Program-made: the position numbers and the translations under genes
Notes under the pieces: model-generated
The model's database searches: none
Told to the model about the DNA's origin: nothing
What the model saw: the letters and a program-made list of their open reading frames with translations, nothing else
In this document: positions 7,712-13,937 of the stretch, piece by piece
Position numbering within the stretch: the first letter of the stretch is position 1
Layout: every line of letters starts with the position of its first letter
Source: Candidatus Nanopusillus sp.
GTDB taxonomy: Archaea > Nanobdellota > Nanobdellia > Nanobdellales > Nanobdellaceae
NCBI GenBank assembly: GCA_046536775.1
Contig: JAWDMD010000013.1
Span: 1-14,750 of the forward strand
Length of the DNA: 14,750 nucleotides
Direction of reading: 5' to 3'

Positions 7712-8446
7712 TTAAAAGAAAAAAGCTTTTATCTTTCCTTTTTGCCAATCATATAATATAATCCTTGAAACTCTCTTTATCCAATCATAATCTTTCTTTA
7801 TATTGTATTTTCCCCTTAATTTAATAAATAAATCTTTTATATTTTCTATATTTATATTATAATATTCTTCAAATGGTTTTTTACCTATCTTTTTATATAA
7901 ATATAAAACTGCCTTTTCAGGATATTCTAATTTATCTATATCATATGCTCCTAAAATTGATAATAAATATTTATTTTTTGTTTCAACAATACCTGGAGAA
8001 TCTATTAGATAATATTTTCTAGATAATCTAATTATTTGTAAACCTTTTGTAAATCCGGGCTTTGGAGAAGTACCTGCGCTTCTTCTTCCAACTAATATAT
8101 TTATTATTGAAGATTTTCCAGTATTCGGGTATCCAAATACTCCTATATATGCCTTTTCATATTTTTTTCCAACTTTTTTTATTGCTTCTCTTAATTTTCT
8201 ACTTCCTTTCCTATATTTTGCCGACATATATACTGTTATATACTCTTTACTAAAATCTTCTACTATTTTTTTTAAGAAACCTTTACTTACTAGATCCGAT
8301 TTATTTAAAACTAATATTAGGTCCTTATTTTTATTTTTTATATATTTTTCTATATATTTCGTTCTACATAATTTTGGAAACCTTGCATCCAATATTTCAA
8401 GCAATATATTCGACTTATTTATTAATTCTTTTATCTTAGTATCCAT
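7712..8446 (-). CDS. Circularly permuted GTPase (YlqF/RbgA-type ribosome-biogenesis GTPase family)
   Basis: G4 (NKSDL) precedes G1 (GYPNTGKSS) and G3 (DSPG), which is the permuted motif order. The track's start at 8488 is a TTG. The first ATG (Met15, 8446) gives MDTKIKELINKSNILLEILDARFP, the usual N-terminus of this family, so 8446 is preferred. Confidence 0.85.
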   Translation of the reverse strand: MDTKIKELINKSNILLEILDARFPKLCRTKYIEKYIKNKNKDLILVLNKSDLVSKGFLKKIVEDFSKEYITVYMSAKYRKGSRKLREAIKKVGKKYEKAYIGVFGYPNTGKSSIINILVGRRSAGTSPKPGFTKGLQIIRLSRKYYLIDSPGIVETKNKYLLSILGAYDIDKLEYPEKAVLYLYKKIGKKPFEEYYNINIENIKDLFIKLRGKYNIKKDYDWIKRVSRIILYDWQKGKIKAFFF

Positions 8447-8483
8447 AATATAAAATATTTTAGAAACATAAAATAAAATTTTT

Positions 8484-8499
8484 TCCAAAAACCGTTGAT
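8484..8499 (+). repeat. Direct repeat copy 1 (TCCAAAAACCGTTGAT)
   Basis: Exact 16-mer in the divergent promoter region between the GTPase gene and the small basic protein gene, 36-51 nt upstream of ATG 8535. Confidence 0.9.
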
Positions 8500-8504
8500 A
8501 TAAA

Positions 8505-8512
8505 TTTATAAA
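8505..8512 (+). promoter_or_regulatory. TATA-like box for the small basic protein gene
   Basis: TTTATAAA lies 23-30 nt upstream of ATG 8535, which would give a leaderless or very short-leader mRNA. Low specificity in AT-rich DNA. Confidence 0.3.
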
Positions 8513-8534
8513 TTAATTTTAACAATATTAATAT

Positions 8535-8729
8535 ATGGCAGCTAGAAGAAGAAAAACACTAAAAGAACTTTTATTAGAATTATTAAAAGCTCCAAAAACC
8601 GTTGATGAAGTAATAAAAGCAGTAAAATCTAAAAGACCAAGAACAAGGGTTAGAGTTATAAAAGCATTGGTATCAAGATTATTAAGGGAAGGATCAATAA
8701 AGAAGGTGGGAGATAAGTTACAAGCATAA
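8535..8729 (+). CDS. Small highly basic protein, possible mini winged-helix DNA/RNA binder (hypothetical)
   Basis: 64-aa ORF (MAARRRKTLKELLLELLKAPKTVDEVIKAVKSKRPRTRVRVIKALVSRLLREGSIKKVGDKLQA). Very Lys/Arg-rich with a three-helix-like periodicity. It is the only ORF in this gap, followed by a T-run. No family recognised. Confidence 0.6.
   Translation: MAARRRKTLKELLLELLKAPKTVDEVIKAVKSKRPRTRVRVIKALVSRLLREGSIKKVGDKLQA
8591..8606 (+). repeat. Direct repeat copy 2 (TCCAAAAACCGTTGAT)
   Basis: Exact second copy inside the small basic protein CDS (codons for A-P-K-T-V-D), 107 nt downstream of copy 1. Confidence 0.9.
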
Positions 8730-8739
8730 AAATTTAGAG

Positions 8740-8750
8740 TTTTTATTTTA
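8740..8750 (+). terminator. Oligo-T termination signal between convergent genes
   Basis: TTTTTATTTTA lies just after the 8729 stop. Archaeal termination uses T-runs, and the complementary strand of 8730-8767 also carries T-runs for the convergent AOR gene. Confidence 0.35.
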
Positions 8751-8767
8751 GTTTAAATTTTTAAAAA

Positions 8768-10672
8768 TTAAGGTAATAAGTGCTTTTCCTCTAAGATATC
8801 CACTAACCATTTTAAATCCAATTCTTCTAACTTTTCTCTTGTAGGTCTTCCATTTATCCAACCTCTTACTTTATAATACTCAGGTAGCATATCATTAATT
8901 TTTACTACATAACCTGCAGAAGGTCCTTCTTTAAATGGTTCCTCTAAAAACCTTTTTGGTAAATTATCATATTTTGAATTATCTCCAAATACTAAAATAT
9001 TATATACTCTTTCTGCATTCCATATCCTTTCCCCAATTTTTAATAATTCATTGGAACTAATATCCCATCCAGTAATTGAAGATAATTGTTCAGCATATAT
9101 ATCTTCATTCAATGCATATCTTGAAAATCTACATACAATCATACTATCAATTACTGCAGCTAAATCTTGTTCTTTTTTTATTAATTCTTCCTTTCCCTTT
9201 GTTTCAAATCTATTAATGTTATTATTTCCTAAATAAGTTGGTTCTGTAACTTCTTTAAATAACCCAAGCTGATCATAATCACCTGTATTACTTGTTGCAT
9301 ACCATAATCCATAACCTTGTGCTCCTCTAGGATCAAAACCAAACAAAGGCATTCCTCTTTTATTTATCATTGCATATTCTTCTGAATTATATTTCTTTGC
9401 GAATTCTTTTGTACCTTCTGATAGATCATCTCCAATTCCAACCCTATTTGCAATTCTATATATTAACTCAATAATTAATTCTGGATCACCCCAATTAACC
9501 TTTAATCCTTCTAATTTTTCTTTTGGTATTTTTCCTTTTTCGACTAGTTCAATAAATGTTCCAATAACGTGACCTGTTCCAATAATATCTAAACCCAATT
9601 CATTACACAAATGGTAAGCTCTTAAAACAGAAGGTAAATTATCATTATTTAAATTATATCCAAACCCCCATATACCCATATATTCTGGACCCTCTCCCTC
9701 TGTACTAAATAATTGATTATCAATTTTTGTATATTTTTTACATCCTATTGGACATCCCCAACAGATTGATTCTCTTGTCTTTTCTGGATCTAAATATTCT
9801 TTTACAATTGTCTCTCCAGATAATTTATTAAAATCTGAAAATATATTTGTTTGATAATTTTTTACAGGTATCATGCCTTTTTCTCCTAAAGCTTTTGCTA
9901 AAAATCCTGCAGTTCCATATTTTGGTAATATTATAGAAGTAATTGCTGAATTTCTTACAAATTGTGAAGATTTTAAAATAACTTCTCTAAATTTTTCTTG
10001 ATTCGCAATTTGAGGTTTTAAATTTCCTCTCACAGCAATTGCCTTTAAATTCTTACTTCCAAATACTGAAGCGATTCCACCCCTTCCAACAGCACCCTTT
10101 CCTTTATCTTCCATTACTGCTGCTATTTTAACTAACTTTTCACCTGCAGGTCCTATACTAAATATCTTAATATTCTTTATATCATCTTTTCCTACAATTG
10201 ATGATAATTCTTCTCTAATTAAATCTACAGTCTGATAAACTGTTTTTCCCCATAAATGTTTCGCATCTCTTATTTCTACTTTTCCATCATATATCCATAA
10301 ATATACAGGTCTATTTGCTTTTCCTTCTATTATTATAAAATCAAAACCTGAAAATTTTAATTCTGCACCAAATTTTCCTCCAGCATTTCCTTCATAAATT
10401 GTATTTGTTATTGGAGACTTTGTAACAATAGACCATCTTCCAGCAGTTGGAATTCCAGCAATTCCAGTTACAGGTCCTGTGGCAATAATTAATTTATTTT
10501 CAGGACTTAAAGGATCTACATTGGGTGGTACTTCCTTTATTATATAGTATGTACCAATTCCTCTTCCCCCCAACCATTTTCTCAATATATCCTCTGAAGG
10601 CAAAGGTTCTATAGAAATTTTCTCTTCGGTTAAATTTACTCTTAAAATCTTTCCCATATATCCATAAACCAT
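8768..10672 (-). CDS. aor: Tungsten-type aldehyde:ferredoxin oxidoreductase family protein
   Basis: 634-aa ORF. N-terminus YGYMGKILRVNLT and the Cys cluster motif CWGCPIGCKK (C-x2-C-x3-C) are typical of the AOR family. Exact subfamily (AOR/FOR/GAPOR-like) not resolved. Confidence 0.9.
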   Translation of the reverse strand: MVYGYMGKILRVNLTEEKISIEPLPSEDILRKWLGGRGIGTYYIIKEVPPNVDPLSPENKLIIATGPVTGIAGIPTAGRWSIVTKSPITNTIYEGNAGGKFGAELKFSGFDFIIIEGKANRPVYLWIYDGKVEIRDAKHLWGKTVYQTVDLIREELSSIVGKDDIKNIKIFSIGPAGEKLVKIAAVMEDKGKGAVGRGGIASVFGSKNLKAIAVRGNLKPQIANQEKFREVILKSSQFVRNSAITSIILPKYGTAGFLAKALGEKGMIPVKNYQTNIFSDFNKLSGETIVKEYLDPEKTRESICWGCPIGCKKYTKIDNQLFSTEGEGPEYMGIWGFGYNLNNDNLPSVLRAYHLCNELGLDIIGTGHVIGTFIELVEKGKIPKEKLEGLKVNWGDPELIIELIYRIANRVGIGDDLSEGTKEFAKKYNSEEYAMINKRGMPLFGFDPRGAQGYGLWYATSNTGDYDQLGLFKEVTEPTYLGNNNINRFETKGKEELIKKEQDLAAVIDSMIVCRFSRYALNEDIYAEQLSSITGWDISSNELLKIGERIWNAERVYNILVFGDNSKYDNLPKRFLEEPFKEGPSAGYVVKINDMLPEYYKVRGWINGRPTREKLEELDLKWLVDILEEKHLLP

Positions 10673-10745
10673 AAACTATAATTATTTTCATGCTTAAAAA
10701 TATTTAATATTTGAAAATTATATTTGATAAAATAATAGAGTTATT

Positions 10746-10950
10746 ATGAAATATATAAATAGAGAAATAGAAGAAAAATAAATTTATTGAAAAAATAATT
10801 GGAATAACTGAAAAAACTACATTATTAAGAAATATTATAAAAATCAATGAAAATAGATTATATATTGATATTTATATATATGAGTATAGAAAAAATTTTG
10901 AAGAAAATTATATAGATTTTATTAAAAATATAAACCGGAGAAAGGATTGA
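10746..10950 (+). pseudogene. Frameshifted small ORF (possible pseudogene or homopolymer error)
   Basis: ATG 10746 opens an 11-codon frame ending at TAA 10779. The +1 frame is open from 10771 to TGA 10948-10950 (59 codons) and has no ATG/GTG/TTG. Removing one A from the run 10774-10778 fuses them into a 67-aa ORF. A TATA-like AAAATTATATTT is centred about 26 nt upstream of the ATG. Confidence 0.25.
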
Positions 10951-11017
10951 TAATAACTCTAAATGAATTTAAAATAAAGAATATTTATAATACAAAAGTA
11001 TATACTATTCCGGCATA

Positions 11018-11025
11018 TTATATAT
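11018..11025 (+). promoter_or_regulatory. TATA-like octamer upstream of tRNA-Ala
   Basis: TTATATAT lies 28-35 nt upstream of tRNA position +1. Confidence 0.35.
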
Positions 11026-11052
11026 AAACTTAAAGGATATTTAGAATTTATT

Positions 11053-11124
11053 GGGCCCGTAGTCTAGTCGCAGGATGTCGGCCTGGCTAGCCGGAGATCC
11101 CGGGTTCAAATCCCGGCGGGTCCA
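11053..11124 (+). tRNA. tRNA-Ala (anticodon GGC)
   Basis: Hand-folded cloverleaf of 72 nt. Acceptor GGGCCCG/CGGGUCC with G3:U70 (the Ala identity pair), anticodon stem UCGGC/GCCGG, loop CUGGCUA, T arm CCGGG-UUCAAAU-CCCGG, no encoded CCA. Unusual D loop AGUCGCA and U37. Confidence 0.85.
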
Positions 11125-11841
11125 TTATTTACCAAATCTCCTTTCCCTTTTCCTATACCATTCAATTGCATTTATAAAATCTTCTTTTGTAATCTCTGGC
11201 CAATATTTATCTATAAAATATAACTCAGAATATGCGGCTTGATATAATAGATAATTACTTATTCTGTGTTCTCCACTTGTTCTTATTATTAAATCTGGCT
11301 CTGGATATGGAATTTCATCATCGAAATATAAATATCTCATAAATAGTGATTCATCTAAATTATTAATATCTATAATACCTCTTTTAAAATCTTCAAATAA
11401 CTTTTTAATACCATCAATTATTTCTTGCCTACTTCCATATATAACTGCCAAATTTAAATAATATTTAGAATTGTTTTTTGTTAAATCTTCTACTAATTTT
11501 ATTTCTTTTTGAATGTTATCTGGTAAAAGGTATGTCCTACCGATTATCTTTATTTTTATTTCATTTTCAATAATCCTCTTATCTTCTCTTATCATTTTTA
11601 ATTTTTCTTTTATTAATTCCAATATAGGATCTACATCTTCTTTTGGTCTTTTTATGAAATTATCATATGAAATAATAAAGATTGTAGCAACTTTTATACC
11701 AAATTCTATGCACCAATTTAAAAATTCTACAGCTTTATCAGAACCAATTTTGTATGCTTCATACACAGATAAATTATATTTTTTAGCATATCTTCTATTG
11801 CCATCTGGTATAACTGCTATATGTTTTGGAACATTATCCAT
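11125..11841 (-). CDS. uppS: cis-prenyltransferase (undecaprenyl/polyprenyl diphosphate synthase)
   Basis: 238-aa ORF with IPDGNRRYA and RTSGEHRISNYLLYQAAYSELYF motifs. The stop codon (complement of 11125-11127) directly abuts the 3' end of tRNA-Ala. Confidence 0.9.
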   Translation of the reverse strand: MDNVPKHIAVIPDGNRRYAKKYNLSVYEAYKIGSDKAVEFLNWCIEFGIKVATIFIISYDNFIKRPKEDVDPILELIKEKLKMIREDKRIIENEIKIKIIGRTYLLPDNIQKEIKLVEDLTKNNSKYYLNLAVIYGSRQEIIDGIKKLFEDFKRGIIDINNLDESLFMRYLYFDDEIPYPEPDLIIRTSGEHRISNYLLYQAAYSELYFIDKYWPEITKEDFINAIEWYRKRERRFGK

Positions 11842-11974
11842 AACTAATCATATTTAATATAATTCAAAAATTAAAATGATTTTAATTACAAAGTTAAATT
11901 TTTTATTATATTACTTATAAACAATCCAAAAATCATTATTCCCTTTTTAAATATTTACTTGTAGGATTACAAAG

Positions 11975-11982
11975 TTTAATAA
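11975..11982 (+). promoter_or_regulatory. TATA-like octamer upstream of tRNA-Gly
   Basis: TTTAATAA lies 27-34 nt upstream of tRNA +1 and is preceded by purine-rich AAAG (BRE-like). Confidence 0.35.
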
Positions 11983-12008
11983 TATTAACCATATTAAGAA
12001 TATATATT

Positions 12009-12079
12009 GCACCCGTCGTCTAGTGGCAGGATGCGGGCCTTCCAAGCCCGCGGCCCGGGTTCAAATCCCGGCGGGTGCA
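12009..12079 (+). tRNA. tRNA-Gly (anticodon UCC)
   Basis: Hand-folded cloverleaf of 71 nt. Acceptor GCACCCG/CGGGUGC, D loop AGUGGCA, anticodon stem CGGGC/GCCCG, loop CUUCCAA, 4-nt variable loop, T arm identical to tRNA-Ala, no encoded CCA. Confidence 0.95.
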
Positions 12080-12601
12080 TATATAATTTATTATTTCTTT
12101 TTCTGGATAAACTATGTATTTCCCATATTCTATATTCCCATTTCTTAGATTTTTCCTAATTTCTCTCCCACTAATAATTCTAGTACTATAAATAACTCTC
12201 AAATTAATACCATAAATTATTTTATAAAATATTCCAGATATTTTAAACATTATTAAACGATTTATATCACTAGTTGCTATTACATAATCTGTTTCGTATT
12301 TATAATAATTAATAATATCTCCAATTTTAACAAAAAGATCAACAAGATTTTTATAGTAAGTTCCATATACCTCAATATTATATTTTTCCCCATATATTAT
12401 ATCTAAACCTTTTGATATATTATCTATTGTAACATCCAACGGTATTGGATTGCTATCTAGTTTAGAATTTTCTTTTCTTACGACAATGATTTTTATATTA
12501 TTTACATTATAATTTTCTAAAATTCCTGATAGATTATTCAAATGACCAATATGAAATGGTTGAAATCTACCAATCAATAATGCTGTATATTTACCTTGCA
12601 T
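12020..12601 (-). CDS. nadM: Nicotinamide-nucleotide adenylyltransferase, archaeal type (divergent)
   Basis: 193-aa ORF with GRFQPFHIGH (the H-x-G-H nucleotidyltransferase motif in its NMNAT-specific form) and a C-terminal ISGREIR motif. The last 19 codons plus the stop (12020-12079) are antisense to tRNA-Gly. Confidence 0.75.
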   Translation of the reverse strand: MQGKYTALLIGRFQPFHIGHLNNLSGILENYNVNNIKIIVVRKENSKLDSNPIPLDVTIDNISKGLDIIYGEKYNIEVYGTYYKNLVDLFVKIGDIINYYKYETDYVIATSDINRLIMFKISGIFYKIIYGINLRVIYSTRIISGREIRKNLRNGNIEYGKYIVYPEKEIINYICTRRDLNPGRGLGRPASCH

Positions 12602-12638
12602 TATTAATTTATTAATTATAAAAGTTTACATAAAATTT

Positions 12639-13937
12639 ATGGATATTATTATAGGAAGATCATTGGATGATTTAGAAAAATATGGATTAAAAGGTTCAAT
12701 CTTCATAGGTAAAGAATATATAAAAATGGAAAATGCTTTGTCTTTAGCGAATAATGTTTATTTAGATGTAAATCTTCCACATTTAATATTAATTGCTGGA
12801 AAAAGGGGACAAGGAAAAAGTTATACATTAGCTTCAATATTTGAAAGCTTATCAGATCTTGAAAAGGATTTACTAAATAACTTCTCTGGATTAATATTTG
12901 ATACAATGGGAATATTTTGGACAATGAAATTTCCAAATTATAGAGATGCTGAATTATTGGAAAAATGGGGTTTAAAACCAAAATCAATAAAAAATTGTAG
13001 AATATTGGTTCCTAAAGGTTTGTTAGATGAATATAGAAAAATAAATATCCCCATAGATGATGTTTTTGAATTAAACCCATCAGATTTATCTGGAATCGAG
13101 TGGGTTTTAACATTTAATTTGGATCCAACATCAAATATTGCACTATATATACAAAAAATTATAAAAAGAATGAAAGAAAATAATAATGGATATTCTATAC
13201 AGGATATAATAAGTTATACAGAAAAATTGGATATAGATAGTAATATGAAAAATGCTATAACTACATACTTTGAAAATGCAGACAGTTGGGGATTATTTTC
13301 TGAAAAAGCTGAAAGTATAAAAAATTTAACAAAACCAGGTTATATAAATATATTGGATATATCCTTATATACTGCAATAACTGGTGGATGGTCAATAAAA
13401 AATCTAGTAATTGGATTAATATCTAAAAAAATATTTTACCAAAGATTGATATATAGAAAAGTAGAAGAATTAGAAGAAATATATATTTCAAAAGAAATGG
13501 GTACAAGAGAATTTCCATTAATATGGATTGCAATTGATGAAGCGCATGAAGCAATTCCAAACGATTCAATTACACCAGCAACCGAACCATTAATACAAAT
13601 AATAAGAGAAGGAAGACAACCAGGTATAACATTGGTATTAGCAACACAGCAACCGGGCAAAATGCATACAGATGTAATTACTCAAAGCGATATGGTTATA
13701 TCACATAGAGTAACTGCAGAAAGAGATTTAGAATCTTTAAATGAAATAATGAAAAACTTTACTGCCCAAGATATTGATATATATATGAACGATAACTTAC
13801 CAAAGAAAAAAGGTGCTGCTTTAATTTTAGATGATAAATCTGAAAGAATATATCCTGTTCAAATGAAACCAAGAGTTTCTTGGCATGGAGGTTCAGATCC
13901 AACTTTAATTAGAAAAAGATTATGGTTAGAGGGATAG
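12639..13937 (+). CDS. HerA/FtsK-superfamily P-loop ATPase (DUF87/COG0433-like)
   Basis: 432-aa ORF. VYLDVNLPHLILIAGKRGQGKSYT (Walker A), LIWIAIDEAHEAIP (Walker B with the EAH typical of HerA-like proteins) and LATQQPGKMHTDVITQSDMVISHRV (the TQxP...hR segment of this superfamily). Confidence 0.85.
   Translation: MDIIIGRSLDDLEKYGLKGSIFIGKEYIKMENALSLANNVYLDVNLPHLILIAGKRGQGKSYTLASIFESLSDLEKDLLNNFSGLIFDTMGIFWTMKFPNYRDAELLEKWGLKPKSIKNCRILVPKGLLDEYRKINIPIDDVFELNPSDLSGIEWVLTFNLDPTSNIALYIQKIIKRMKENNNGYSIQDIISYTEKLDIDSNMKNAITTYFENADSWGLFSEKAESIKNLTKPGYINILDISLYTAITGGWSIKNLVIGLISKKIFYQRLIYRKVEELEEIYISKEMGTREFPLIWIAIDEAHEAIPNDSITPATEPLIQIIREGRQPGITLVLATQQPGKMHTDVITQSDMVISHRVTAERDLESLNEIMKNFTAQDIDIYMNDNLPKKKGAALILDDKSERIYPVQMKPRVSWHGGSDPTLIRKRLWLEG

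Noticed and set aside
8728-8762. 9-bp inverted repeat AAAAATTTA / TAAATTTTT between the small basic gene and aor
   Set aside because: The stem is all A/T and thermodynamically weak. The T-runs alone explain termination, so it is not reported as a structured element.
251-13660. Other short track ORFs (251..580, 652..870, 1225..1446, 3421..3690, 4233..4457, 5315..5512, 5768..5971, 6602..6853, 8062..8253, 9051..9236, 10500..10691, 11513..11857, 12703..12987, 13436..13660)
   Set aside because: All lie antisense to, or out of frame within, longer ORFs that have clear family motifs. Their compositions (Leu/Phe/Ile/His runs) are those expected from reading AT-rich genes on the wrong strand.
12009-13937. 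tRNA-Gly as the attachment site of an integrated element carrying the HerA-like ATPase
   Set aside because: The window has no integrase and no second copy of the tRNA 3' segment that could serve as attR. The only similar sequence is the T arm of tRNA-Ala upstream. The gene immediately next to the tRNA is housekeeping NMNAT.
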